Part shown: positions 48,701-62,800 of the stretch, in pieces | Layout: every line of letters begins with the position of its first letter | Position numbering within the stretch: position 1 is the stretch's first letter | Assembly: GCA_002633005.1 (NCBI GenBank) | Contig: NMRA01000056.1 | Location: 786,137 to 850,136, forward strand | DNA length: 64,000 bases | DNA from: Phoronis australis | Taxonomy: Eukaryota; Animalia; Phoronida | Direction: 5' to 3' | The notes under the pieces: generated by a model | What the model was told of the DNA's origin: nothing | Databases searched by the model: none | What the model saw: only the letters and a program-made list of their open reading frames with translations | Position numbers and translations under genes: made by a program

Positions 48701-51700
48701 TGATTTTCACATTTGGGGTGTCTGAAAATGAACATTTTGACCTCGATGAATGTCAACAACGGCATGCAGTCACGTGAATGTGTTCATTTTCTATACATGG
48801 CCAGAATCCTTAACAAGAATGTTTAGTTCATTCAGCTGTCAGTCACCCACAAAGTTGTTGCAGCAAGGAATCTGCTTGTTCAGCTGAAATTGTGGGTTAA
48901 TTTGTAACTGTTTGCGTACCATTTTCTTACATAATTGAGTATACTGACTTCATTCAACCACGTTCAATGTTCATTTTTCTTATTTTCTCTAGTAAGGTTG
49001 CAAGCTTTTGCGAGATTATACCTTTCGCAAATAGGGGCCTAGACTCCTGTGTGATCTCTCCAAACTCAACGCAAACTAGCTTTAATCAAGGCGTCACAGC
49101 TGTTACGCTGTAATCCAATGATTTGTTGAATGGCCATGCAAATCTGCATTTGCTTATTATGTAATCATTATTGTTTTCAGTCCATTCGTCAGTAAGTTAA
49201 TTCCACCCTCGTTTCCCAATGTCCCTTACCACCTGAAGTTGACTGAGGGCGACGGTGATAAGAAAGAAGGTAAGATAAGGTTTGCCTTTTTGGGTTTTAG
49301 GCAACTTCAGCTGCATTTTATTTATCAGTGTAAATAAGATCAGATCTTAGTAGTATAGAAATTGCGGATGTCTTTTGTGTCGCTTAGCGCAACCTGTCAG
49401 CGATTTGTTTGTTGGTTATTTAGGCCGTAAAATGTTGTATATCATGTGCGAGTACACTTTATTTTCAGGACTCTGTCTTTAAAGGGATATTCTCAGCGAG
49501 AAAATTAGTTTTACAGAAATTAGCAGAAGTGTAGACTTAAACCCACTAGCTCTGCAGTCGCAACTGAACGCTTTGCTTTGAACAAAATCCAATTATGTAA
49601 ATAGCAGAGTATTTTAAGTGTATTTATATGGTAGGCACCAGCCTTGTTTTCACCGAATGACTGACAGACAACAGCGAGATTTGGCAACTTGTAATAAAAT
49701 CACAAAAAAGCATTGTATTTTGGTGTTATATGACGACTGGTGAAAGCCAATAACTCCAAGAAGTCAGTCTCATCCAACAATGATCCCAACAGTTTGGTAA
49801 TGTCCCTTTGATAAAAGCTGTTGAACAAGTCTGCATTTTGTAACCAATCCAACTGAATATGAACTTTGTAGTTTGATCTGTAACATTCCCTGAATTAAAA
49901 CGGAACTGAGCATTCAAAAGGTCTTGTCGTTTGATCCAATTTATTCCACAGTTGTTTTTGTACCTTTCAGATCTTTTGGATTACCGGTTTGACAGGAAAG
50001 ATCTGGTCTGTTTAGCGCTCTGTGCCGTAATTGGCGTTTGGTACTTTTGGAAGAAGGTAGGATTGTCACATTTTTGGTTTTTAAATAATTTTATTCTTTC
50101 ATGCAGCTCGGGGTGTGTTTTGTCATTAAGTCTGATTCCCGCAGTGTGGCACCTATTAAGTTACTTTTTTCTTCCCCAGATTTGAACCACCATATAAAAA
50201 CTGAATCTACGTTCAGTTTAAAAATAAATGGTGGAATGTTATATTAATTGAACTTAACATTTCATTTAAATCTGTTTTGAATTTCGTGAAGAATTTGTAG
50301 CCAAATAGTTGTGCAGCTTATGACGGTAGTAAAGTTAATACTTATTTATTGAAACAGGCGTCAGGTAGTAGTGATTTCTGTGCTTGAAAACAACTGGCAT
50401 CTCATCACTGTTTGAGACCAGGCTCAATTAGCCGGCTTGACCCTTACGATGGTTTTATGCACAGAGCATGATTTCAAGTAATAACGAGTTGTTTCAAAGA
50501 GAAAGTGGTCCAGTGATTCAGTTACTGTTACTTAGGCCTTTATTGGCGAGTGTGTGTAGATATCTAGATATCGTTGAAAATGTAGATTTTAACTCGGTAA
50601 AGGTATAATTTGTATATTCTGAAAATTGAAAGCCTGTATAATTTGACTTTTGACTTTATGCTAATCTGTCATAAATTGGATCACGTGTGTTGTGTGTTTT
50701 TATTTAAATTCAACGAAAAATATTCATAGGAACATTGGGTCGATTTTGTTTGACATAATTGTTCAAGATACAGTTTTTTAAGTATCATTTTGTTTAAACT
50801 AAAATCTCAGAAATCCTATTTTTGATAGCTTCTCGTGCAAAATTAGAACCTTTTAAAAACAATTCCCAACTAGCGTTATGGAAAACAGTGTATAAAGCAT
50901 AGGATCTGAAAGTTTCATTTGAATCCAAACAGCTGTTTATGTGATGTTAATCACATTTGGTCATTTTTCGAGGGTCCTACATAACCTTCAGTGCTCACCT
51001 TCAACTGGAGTCTCTGTCTTTGTTTTCACGATTATGTAAATATGTTCTCAGTTAAAAGATACCAAATTTAGGGGCATGTGCCAAAGCATGACGTGGCAGG
51101 GTAATAGTTTGTATTTTAAAAGCATTGTTTGGTAAGAGCCTTGTTGAATGTCAGCTAACGGTACTGTCATTAATGTTTGACCTGGACTTTGCTGTGTACA
51201 AGTGTTGTTGAACACCTGACAGGTGTATTGTGTGTGTTCTAGTGCATAGAGTAAATTCTTATGATTTTTGTTTGTTACATAAAGTGATGAAAAGGGTAAA
51301 GCTGCAATTTAATACTAACATTTTCTTTACTGCAAATGGTAATTGATCATTGCATTGTGTCTTGCAGCACTGGATTGCCAACAACCTGTTTGGCTTGGCA
51401 TTCGCAGTCAATGGCATAGAGCTGTTGCACCTCAACACGGTGATCACTGGCTGTACCCTGCTTGGGGGACTGTTCATCTATGATATTTTCTGGGTGAGTT
51501 GACCACCGTAGCCGTTTTATATGGTTGTTCTCTTGCAGTGGGACTAGAATTTTTGTCCACTTCTGTCCAGTCCTGTCTTGAGCATTATGTGCTTGGCCCA
51601 CACATACAATTTTTTCCTACATGTTGTGTTTCTGTTTGTTCCTGTCGCTTTTCCTTTCCTGTGAACACCGCATTAAAACCCCTTTCAGTCAGTTGCATTC

Positions 51701-54700
51701 CAGGTTCTTGCCCTGTTAATGATGTCTGATTAAACAAACACAGTTGCTAAGTGGATATTCACTAACCAGTGCTAATGAATTAAAAGTTCCTACTTTTACA
51801 TCTGAAGATTGAAGTGAGAAAGTAATTCATTAGCATGGGGGCATTCATGTGATAAGGATCCTATGTGTTCACTCGAATGAAGGCATTTCTATGTCTGGGA
51901 CCTTTGTTACTCTAGCGCCACCTAGTGATTTTGAGTTCCTATTCCTTTTCTTGTTTGAGGTCTCTCCTGTTTCTAGTGCTTTCCCGCAAACAAACTTTAT
52001 TTGTTTGCCAACCTGCTTTCAGTGAACAGCATTCCATTGTTTTAAACATAGTGAAATCTCATTTTGAATCACATTCAGTGTGGTTTAGTGCCAAAGGTGC
52101 TATGACAGAAAAGAAATATTTCCAGGGAAGCTATTATCTAATATTTTGATGAGGCTTCTAACATGTTGTCCTGCTATTTCAAGAAAAGATTGTTTTTGTG
52201 ATTCATGTGTTTGATAATTTGCAACTGTGCGTTGTCCTAATAGGCTCAATCTATTTGTTTTTTCATTTTGCAGGTGTTTGGTACAGATGTAATGGTGACT
52301 GTTGCAAAGTCATTTGAAGCACCCATTAAGTGTAAGTGATTTGTTTTAATCGTTTAGTGCATGATGGTACATTGTAGCTATTTTACCCAAATGCTTTCCA
52401 TGTGCATTGCAACTGCATAGAAACAGATCAAGTTTCACAATATCTGTGTAGATTAAAAGCAACTGTCTCTTCTAAGTCTTTCCTGCCAAAGTTACCGAAA
52501 AAAGATTGTAGAAAAGGAGGGATTGATAAGATATGAGAATTCCAGTGACCTTCAAAATAGAGCAATTGATAACAACTTTGTCCAGGATATGCGTAATCAG
52601 TTAATTAAAGGAATGTATTGAGAATAAAAATACAAAGCCAATAACATTTTTAGTTTTACTGTATTAATTGAGGAATTGAGTAATTTTAGTTTTGAAATTT
52701 TAAATCAACCATCTGAGTCCCCAATCATAATAATTATCTATCTTTGTCATTATGAATTGTATGATGTTTAAACACTTTTCCCCTTACTCTGCCCTCTCAC
52801 TATAAATTGGGTAGGTATGAAGGTGAATTTTATTGTGACTCTTGTATTGGTCATATGAGTTATGTCAGCCACCTGTAGAATGGATGTTGTCAAAAATGTT
52901 TCGCGTGTCAATTTTTGTTGCAGACGAAATGTGTTTCTTTTACACTTTGAAAATGTTTTTTTCATCAGATTGAAAACAAAATGATTGTTTATGTAGTCAG
53001 TTGCAGAAGCAAAAAATACAGTTTTGATTAACTTAGACATGCTCATTATTACAGGGCTTGGGATTTTCCTTTTGCAGGAGGATTTCCTTATTTTTGGTTT
53101 CGATTTCCTCTTGTTTGATTTCCAGTTTCCTCTTTTTTGTCTCTTTTTGATCATTATTTTGGCTTTATTCATGCAAAAATGTTCATTTCAGTTAAATTTT
53201 ACGACACAAGATAATATTTCTATCACACAAGTCCATTTATTTGTGGAATGATACGTCTTCTGTAAAATTTTCCTCTTTTTATCATTGGTCATTCCAAGCT
53301 GTGATATTGTGACACAGCCTTGTGTAGCACAGTACTTAATGAGATGGATTTTCAACCAAAAGGTCGTTGGTTCAATCCTTAGCCGCTGTAGTCACCTGTA
53401 TGAATAAGTACTAGTCACTGGGAAGTTCAAAACAAGTCAAAAGTAATTGGACAAAATACCGTTTTCCCATAATGAAGGCTAACTTTGTTTACAGCAAAAA
53501 TTACTTGTAATGGCTATCAGGGTGGCAAATTTCAGATTACAAAATGGCTTAACCACCTGTTATTAGCTCTCTTGTAAATTCTCTTTATTCTCGGTGATGA
53601 GGGAAGACTAGCCTGAATGGGATCTCTACCCAGCCGTTATGATGGGTAATTCCGGGTCATTATGTCTGAATACTGTTCGTAATGTACAAGCTTCCTGCCC
53701 ATCCAGAGTTCAAAGACTCTGATCCACTTCAGAAATCAGAGTAAACAACCAGCCTGCTGTGAGGGACTTAATTTTTTGATTGTTAAAATCAATTATGTCT
53801 CTTTGCCGTTGCAGTGGTCTTCCCACAGGATCTGCTGGAGAAGGGTCTGGCCGCCAACAACTTTGCCATGCTAGGATTGGGAGACATTGTCATCCCTGGC
53901 ATCTTTATTGCCCTGCTGCTGCGATTTGACGTTCAGTGAGTTTACGTTTACTAATAATTAACACTGCCAATTACAAAGCTTGTTTGCCTTAAACTTCTTC
54001 ACCTATCGCACATCAGGACTCTTTATCAAGCTTGTGTTGGGCGTTACTTAGGGGATGTCATCGGTTTTATGGCTGAAAAACACATTTTTGTGATTTTTGG
54101 ATGGGATTGACTTCTTGATTTTTATTAGCTTAGATCTGAGCTTTAAGACAACGAAATCCATAATGATTTTGTGACTTTATTTCAAATTGACCATTCTGAG
54201 GTCTGATTCTGTGCTGGGGCTGATTTCAGTCTGTCACTTCTCTCGCCAATAATGTTCCCTTAATAAGTTGTCTCTGCTTATGGAGGAATAATTGGATTAA
54301 TAACGGGTGGTAAACATTTAACATTGTGAGTTTGTTTGATACTTAGTTTGTAGGTGTGCTGCCTTCCACTTGTTGCTGATACCTGAAATCAAGAAGTGTG
54401 CTTATTGGACCTGTCATTCTGGACTTAAATATTGCCACTGAAATGAAAGCAGTGGTTTCAGCTGAACTGGAGCTAAAACATTTTTGAAAAGTCCACCGTG
54501 CCAATGATTTCTATATTTTTATTCACAAACTGCCCAAGATGCTACTTGTGGTAATGGAAATGAAGTCTAACTGTGCTAAGGAAAGTTGCAACACCGGCTT
54601 TGTCAGGTGGCCTAGTTTTGATTTTTTGTGACATCTTAAGATTAAAATGTAGTAGTTTTTCTTACTAGTTTAACTCCACTTTGTGTATTACAAGAAAGTA

Positions 54701-56812
54701 CTGAGTACCGCTATGCTTTGTACTACTGAGTTGCTATTATGTCTATCTTTTCATTTCAGTCTGAACAAAAATAGGAAGACGTATTTCTATGCCAGTTTCA
54801 TAGCATACATCGTTGGTCTGGGCACAACAATCTTTGTCATGCATGTGTTCAAACATGCACAGGTATGTCATTTTGTCAACGCCGCTATGCTCGCTTGGTG
54901 CACTGGCTTAACCACTGCTGGTCTACTTTTTAAAAAGTTAAGTTTTGCTGTATCGCTGTATCACAACTGCATATGTGCATATTTAGGCCCACGGACCTGC
55001 TCCTCTATACAAAGTTGAGACTCATACACTTATTTGTAAATCACTGAAGCTAAAACAAAGCAGCAACCTTTAAGTGAAACGTGAATATTCAAGTCTGTTA
55101 CAATACTCTTGATGTATGTTCTTGCGCCATTTAGTGGCCATTTTTATTACACATGAACAACCCTAAAAGCACACCATTTGCAGTGCATTCGTGGGTGCAT
55201 TTCAACGCTCTGCGTTGCTCTTTTTTTAGCCAGATAATCAAATGCAAATTTAAATGAAAAGCACAAAAGTGGAGAAAAGACCAACATAAAATAGTCAGTT
55301 AAAGACATGCGTATACAAATTACCCTATAATTGAAGCATGCTGGTCAGATTTGCCAGTATGCGAAACATTGAAGCATGTATTTTAGAAAGGCTTTACACT
55401 CCTGACCCGTGCTTCATCTGTTATCTTGATGACTGTTTCAACATAATAAGCATGTATAAGTAAGAATTATTGGTCTGCTTGTAGGCCATATTGCGTGAAA
55501 GAAGAGAAATAATTACTGATATCATATCAATGATTACTGATACCATATCAATAATAACTGATACCATATTAATGCGTTCATTTATAACAACACAATCATA
55601 TAATGAGCACGTGTTCTTAGGCAAGACGTGTCTCTAGTTCAACTATTGTCTAACTTTACGTAAACAGCAACATATTGATCGACGTTTCGGTTTGTTGTCA
55701 CCAAACCATTCTCAAGAAAAATCTTTACAATATTCTGCAAAACTGATGTTCTAATTGTGAGGAGTTGCAAAATGTGATCATGATAGGAAAAAGTAGAAAA
55801 AATATTAATCAAGCAGTAGTCACGGTTTTCTGTTTTAAATTGAAAAAAAGATCAATATTGGCAATTATTTGGTTCGAAGTTGGTCAACTTTTACCATAAT
55901 TTCACTGGAGGCCTGGAGAGGTTCCACTGCAGGTTCTCCATGTCAAACTGTCAGACGCATGTTTTTAATGTCCATTCGATTCACCTACCAACTCTTGTAA
56001 CATGCTCCACCTCACAGCCTGCCCTACTCTACCTGGTACCGGCTTGCACGGGTTTTCCACTCATCACAGCTCTGGTGAAAGGGGAAATTAAAGACATGTT
56101 CAGGTACGTTACACAATAAAGAGGCTTCTGTTAGAAAAATGACCTTTGATTTTGACCACTGACTGGTCATTTTATTCACTGAAGGCGATCTTAAACAATA
56201 ATAAGTGTCAGTTCTTCCCAAGCACAGTTGTCACTTCCAATCTGACGAAGGAATTTTATAATGATGAATGGCCTAAATTGGAAATTTAGACATAAGGGTG
56301 GTGAAATCTTAGAATCCCTTGTAATATTTGAAAAGCTGCTATTGAATATGCTGAACACAGATCTCAGTGGCATTCCTAAGTTGTATTAATGGTGTGATTC
56401 CTTACTCGTAATCATCTCTGTTTATATTTGTATTTTTTCACCCCTCACTTAGTGTCTGTGATTGCCACCAGATGTCACCCTCTCCTGTATCTCTTTTTGG
56501 TATTTAAATTGTTAACACACAAGTTATAGTGTGCTTTTCATGCACTTTTGCCATTTTAGTTTATTCTTGCAATGAACATTGATGTTGACAATGTCTTACT
56601 GTTGTCTACGTCTACCATCAGACAGTGGATCAGAAGTTTCAACACAACAAACTTTTAAATTTAAGATTATACGCATTGCATGTTGTCAGATTTTCTACAC
56701 TTCTTCTTCCCGCGCCTTGAATTCTGATTCTTGTTTTAGCTACGAAGATAGTCCAGAGGACAAAAGCAGTGACAAATCAGAGGAGACAAAGGATGCGAAG
56801 AAGGCGAATTAA
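45731..56812 (+). CDS. HM13: Signal peptide peptidase (minor histocompatibility antigen H13), 11 exons, 370 aa
   Basis: Exons 45731-45919, 47001-47099, 47978-48060, 49181-49269, 49971-50056, 51368-51493, 52274-52331, 53815-53935, 54760-54862, 56018-56103, 56740-56812; all GT-AG and phase-consistent. Contains TPEGMALAYGSL, HWIANN, catalytic YDIFWVFGT and LGLGDIVIPG, the QPALLYLVP motif, and a C-terminal KKAN (KKxx ER-retrieval signal). Confidence 0.97.
55510..55572 (+). repeat. 21-bp tandem repeat x3 (ATTACTGATAYCATATCAATR)
   Basis: Directly visible in HM13 intron 9. Confidence 0.75.
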
Positions 56813-57924
56813 CCGGTCAGTAAATGGACACTGACCGGATCGTGACTGAGGCGGCGTATTAAAATCTCAACTCTTTTCAGTGAAAGCAATGTATTTCAGG
56901 TGCTGCATCGTGAACGAAGCAATTACAGCGGTGTCGTTGAAGTCTTTGTGAATGTAACTCATAATGGCAATTAGGACAATGACTGTCCTTATGTGAATGA
57001 TTTATTTTGTGTAAAGTCGATCCTTAACGAATATTAAGAATGGTGCATTAGGTTAATTGTGCAAAGATGTGATATTCATTTCACACGGTCCCGTTACACC
57101 GAACTCGTTCTACAAGCGTCCCTGCCCGTATTAGCGTGTTTTCATGAAAGGGGCTGGGAGTATGCGGATGCAAAATCCTTGTCGAGCACGCGATACTGTC
57201 CGCAGGGCTTTTGTAATAAATTGTATAAAGCTTTATCGATTCCCATACGAGTTCATACGGCAAGATCATTAATGAAATGAATAATTCAGTCCGATGGGCT
57301 ACTGATATATAAATTGTTTCATATTTGTTAATTCTATTTCAGTGAATATTAAGTCGGATTTCTGATATTGAAATATCTTGCTCTTCATTATTTTAAATTG
57401 TGTATGTTCAGACAAAGACCGGAGTCCATTTCATGAAAGTGACGTTAAGACGCAAGACAGAAATTTGGTCGTGCTTCTATTACAATTGCTGAATAAAGGT
57501 TTGGCAAGTAATTGTGGGCGTATCACAATCTAGAAATAATTTATTGAAATTATCTTATAGACTAGCAGTTGTGTGTATACTGTCAGAGACTATGCACTTT
57601 TGCTCAAGTGAGATTTGATTATTTTTCAGAAATAGTTGTGTGTACTGCAAGGCCAAAATTCTGTCTTAAGTCACTTTTCATGTAATGCTTTACAAAGTTC
57701 TTTATTAGGAATGATGTTTCAGACTTGAAAGAGTTTTTGTCACTTTAAAAGAAATTATGATGTTAATTTTATGATGACTGTCTGTCACTATGGGAAACAC
57801 GCGTTAGAGTTTAGAATTAGAGTAGGATATGCATGGAAGGTGATGGACAACGAATCTGCTTTAGCTTGAGATTGTTATTTGTTTTAAAGCTCTCACATTA
57901 GTTTGAGTTGTCAAACCTGGTAAG

Positions 57925-58090
57925 TACAGTACAAGCCAGAAGTATCCAGACAGAATGACCCAGAATTCCCCGTCAAGATGGCTGGGTGGATTCTGGATTC
58001 ATCATAAGAGAATGAATGTAGATTAAGAAGAAACTTATGGCAAATTGACTAAGCCAATTCTGCAATTAGAATTTCACTCCTGTAATAGTT
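57925..58090 (+). mobile_element. Family F copy downstream of HM13
   Basis: TACAGTACAAGCCAGAAG is identical to the 62953 copy; AAGCCA.TTCTGCAATTAG is shared with about 40157. Confidence 0.55.
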
Positions 58091-58656
58091 AAAAAAAATT
58101 TTTGCTCTTAAGAGACTTACCAGTGGCAAATGGCGTCTTGTCCTGTACATCGTGCCAGTCTGTGCGCAGCATTGCAGCTCTGAATTAATTTCTGTAGATT
58201 GTAATGACATTGCATTTGAAAATTGTGTCCTTTTGTTCCTTGTTTCAATTTGCGACTTATTTTACTTTATGATGGCACTTTCTTTTTGTCGTGAAATATT
58301 TATCTTTTGTTGTAAACCTGACTTTAGATGACTTACTCAGCCAACAGGGGGTAAATATTTATGGAATATGAACAACTGATGTTTTTGAACAGGGCCAACC
58401 CACCTCTTTTCTTCATTTATGTTGTAAGCTGAATAAACTGTTGCAAACTTGATATCTGTATTTTCCTGTTTCTGCTTGAAGTCTCGTACTGTCCAGAAGT
58501 GAAAATTGCCCGAGGGGAGTAACAATTTGTAGTTAAAAGTATCTTGATTGTAGCGTGTTTTGTGCAAAACGTAACAATGGTCGTCAAATCCCACCTTATT
58601 CACCAAAAACTAACGCTACCAGTTACTTTTGAATAACGCGTAATGTTAGCAAAATG

Positions 58657-59224
58657 TTGGACAAAGAAATTCCTCCATGAATTAAACTTCTCTATATTGA
58701 GCTTTGATAATGAAAATGAGAGTATTCAGCATATAATGTGGAATACATACGCGCACCCAGCCTGAAATATTGGGGGGCTCAAATTTTTGAGTGTGGACCT
58801 TTAGTGAAAAACAAAATCAGGGACTAAAAAAAAAACGGGGACTACAAAATAAGAAAGGGGTACTACGTTCAGAGCTATGAATTGTGCATTCGCGCCGAAT
58901 TCTTGCCGTTATAGTGGACTTTTGTCTCATTTTTTCGGACATTTTGTTTCTCTGAGGCGGACCTTTTTGCCCACTTTGCCAAATAGGGGGCTCACTAGAG
59001 CCCCCCCCCCCCTGGGTGCACGCATGGAATACCTTAAGAATAAGAACTATAATTCAGCGTATAAATGACTATGTACTAACTATTTTGAATACATACTAAC
59101 TGTTTTGACTATGTACTGTTTTATGGTTTACATTGTAAATTGACTAAAGCTGTTTATAATTTGAACTCTTCTTCGTTAAAATGCTACACAATATTCAATT
59201 TCATGGAGGAATTTCTTTGCCCAA
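58657..59224. mobile_element. Older MITE hosting the nested insertion at 58746-59026
   Basis: TTGGACAAAGAAATTCCTCCATGAA is inverted as TTCATGGAGGAATTTCTTTGCCCAA. Confidence 0.7.
58746..59026. mobile_element. Non-autonomous DNA transposon with CA...TG ends and 5-bp target-site duplication
   Basis: TIR CATACGCGCACCCAG / CTGGGTGCACGCATG flanked by GAATA on both sides (58741-58745 and 59027-59031). Confidence 0.75.
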
Positions 59225-59461
59225 CCTAAAGGCTTTTCTTTGGCTACTAGCTGACCAATCGTTTTAGCAGTTTTTGTGTACAAGTGCCTGGCAAAGCATT
59301 GAAGTGATGCTACTTATCTATTCTAGAAGAACGAGAAGGTAAAATTTCAGTTGTCCTTCATATTGTGTCCTAAACTGGTGAATTTTGCCACAGACACACT
59401 TGCAGGGAACGCGGTATCTACAGGTCAGTCCAAAAGAATGATCTAATTACGACTTTAAAAC

Positions 59462-59467
59462 TTTATT
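59462..59467 (-). terminator. Candidate LSM4 polyadenylation signal
   Basis: AATAAA on the minus strand about 336 nt after the stop. Confidence 0.5.
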
Positions 59468-59685
59468 ATTAAGAACCTAGTATATATTGTACAAAACAAT
59501 AGGAAATACTTGACTGTTATTTACAACAGGTGTAACATGATCTACAATGTAACACAGCGAAAACAATATTCTTTTATACGACAACGTCTGGCAATGACGT
59601 CACATAAACTAATGAAGAATCCATCTACCATAGACATTTCACAATGTCACCTGAGTCAGTCAAACGGACTTCATCAATTTCGCTA

Positions 59686-59790
59686 TTTGACCTTGAGTCG
59701 TTACCTCCCACACGACCTTTGACCTTCAGTTGTTACCTCCTACGTGACCTTTGACCTTGAATTGTTATCTCCCACATGACATTTGACCTC
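59686..59790. repeat. 32-bp tandem repeat x3.3 in the LSM4 3' UTR containing TGACCTTTGACCT
   Basis: Unit TTTGACCTTSARTYGTTAYCTCCYACRYGACM. Confidence 0.85.
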
Positions 59791-59802
59791 TGGACACCTT
59801 CA

Positions 59803-62800
59803 CTATCTCTCCCCCCGACTTTTACCCATATTTTTCTGCTGTCCACCTCTTCCACCACCTCTCCCCCCGCGACCTTGGAAACCACCTGGAATACGAGGGT
59901 GACCGCTAAATAACATTTTGTAAATTATCATTCATCAAAGTTATCCACACAGTCCGCCAATAATTATGAACAGTAAAATCTCACCGATTTCGGACAGAAA
60001 AAAATTGCCATTTTCTCTTTTTGCAAGGCCTTCTTACATTGTAGTGAGTGCCCTGAAGTTTTCAAAATTTTGTGTGAACATGGTGAAGCATATCACAAAA
60101 AATAGAAAATAATATTTTTGCTGTTGTCCACACTGAGACCAAAATTGGTGAGATTTTATTGGTTGATAATAAATAAAACTCCCATACATCGGGCATGCAT
60201 AAATCAGATTTTTTGATTAACTCTGCAGTTCTGCAATACGGTTGATCTGGAGTTAGAGTGCTCAGCCTCTACAGATAGGTCAAATTTACCCTGATGAGGA
60301 CAAAATCTCTCATTCAGATTGAATAGGACTTACATGAGTTTTACTGTAAATGGGGTGTTCCAAAAATATATTAATACTTCGATACAATGCTGGCAGTTCA
60401 AATTCAGTTCCCGTAAAACGGACCCTTCGTCCATATGGTTACACCTTGCTGTGGAATTAGGCTTGTTACATGCTCTGTATGCACAGGTATGACAAAGAAA
60501 TGCCTCAATTTTAGAAAATGGAAAGTTATCGCACAATGCTTGAGGAAACTCTATCAAGGAAGCACAAAAACAGTTTATTTTGTCAATTTTACAAAAAATG
60601 CTCTTCATTTTGTTTTGAGACAATTCCTGTTTTGATCACCTCTTTATAAATTCAAACCAGTAATCTTGTTCCAAAGTCAATAAGCAATGGAGTTATAGTC
60701 ATTTGAAGTGTGAGAAAATTTTTGGGACACCCTGTACAATATCTGTCCATTTAAATCGAATTTCCCATTCAAACCTAAGCTACAATGCCACACCACGTAC
60801 AATTACAGTATTACGTTATGTCGTATCCCATACAAAATTGGATTCGTGTTTATCTTCTGAAACATGACATTACCTTAACACACTAATATGAACCTGTGAA
60901 GTGACACCGACAGGTGAAAAAAGTATTTACTGACATCAGTCCGAAAAGGGATTTCATCCCACGACATCCATGATGGCAGTCTCCATGCCTTGATAGTGCA
61001 GCTATTCCCCACACCGTAAATAGCAGAGTATTTCAAGCACATGTCTGATAAAGTCGAGCCTTGATTTCAGCGAATTTCTAGCAGACAATGATGAGAACTG
61101 CAGATTTGTAAAAAATCCCAAAAACAACAGATTTTGTGGTTTCGTAGATCAGGTCAAAACTAACAACTTCCAAGAACCCTATCCCATCCTAAAATAATCC
61201 CAAAACTGCATTTTTCATCCCTAAATCGACTCGCTATCCCTTTAACACAAGGAACAGGTTTCTGCATAAACGTCACTCATCATTTTACCAAAGTTTAAGC
61301 GATCAAAAGTGAATCATTGGGCACGTGATAATCAAGAGAACAGACATGAACTCACCCCTGCCGGGACCCCCACGACCCCGTTGACCTCCTCGACCTCCAC
61401 GACCTCCCATGCCGCGGTTCCTCTGGATAACCTCCTCCTTCACCATGTCGATGACTTCATCTGGAATCCTGAGATACTTGATGGTGCTGCCGCGGATGTA
61501 ACACTCTGGCATCTTCCAGAATCGATCACCATCCTTGTCAAGAGAAAACATAACAGTAGTTACTGTATAAAGCAAAGCATGCAGGGATCTATCATTTACA
61601 CCACAAGCCAACACTAGCATAGTATCTTACTTAGATTATCTGCACACGTAAACAAATGCGTGACTGCTTGGCCTTGTATAAGCTCACTTTTGTGAGATTC
61701 CTTTACTTTTCAGGCCAACATATATTAAGTGCATTACTTACTTAGGTCCGGACAAATTGTCTCCACATGTAAACCGATGCAGTATTTTCAGACATGTAGG
61801 AACATCACAGTTAAGAAATAATTTATGACAATTGTATGAGCAGCAACCAACACGCATAACATTTTCCAAGAGCTTGTATTTTTGTCGAGGTGAGATAAAA
61901 TTATTTTTTAAGAAATGGTTGTGCGGAGCAGCGTGAGACAAAATTTCTGAGTGAACGCTTAAGTCACAGTCCATGAAACGGACCCGATATCTGACATTGT
62001 CGACTCACCCTTGATGTACAGATGACCTCCCTAAGATTGATGTTCATCCAGTTATCACAGCTGACCAGTTGACCATTGTAAGTTTCACCATTCTTCAGCT
62101 CCACCAGCTGAGAGAAGACAGTTCATGAATTATGAAAATGCTGAGCTACGTCAACCGTGGTCAAGAACCCAGAGCTAATGCACTATCCACCCAATGGGAG
62201 TAAACCAACCCCGGATCTCAAACACTTCAAGTCAGACCTGGCGTGCATTCAGTAACGCTAGGACCTACACTAGGACCTAGCTAAAATCTAGACAGAGTCA
62301 CGTGCTCTTATTTAAAATACACGGCAATATCTCACGTAATCTTGCGAAGTCTAGCTTTTTAGCAAGGTCCTAGCGTTACTGAGTGGGAGGCTGATCTATT
62401 GGCTAAGTTGTCCATTGATAACAGATTTCCTTTGTAGAATAAGCAGTAATGGTCTGATATAACGTGCCCGAATTTTGAGAACCAGTTTTCCCACTGAATA
62501 ATGGCATTAAACTGGTTCTCAAAATGCGGGCACGTTATATCAGACTATTGCCGAATAAGCTACAGAATGCATCACTAGTAGAGTGAGATAGTGTACTTCA
62601 GTTAGTATAAAGTTTGTGGGTGAGCAATTGTCCAAGCGACCAATAATAAAGACATTCAAATTGGAGAGATATTTCATAGCTTTCTGAGAAACTGGAGCAT
62701 GATAGGTTTACTTACAAGAAAACATGTAATCGAGAATGGTTGACGTTTCTAGACTCACTCAGTGGTAATCAAGAAAAGTCAAAGAAGCTGTCTAGTACTA

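Noticed and set aside
61309-61617. 102-aa plus-strand ORF
   Set aside because: It is the antisense shadow of an LSM4 exon.
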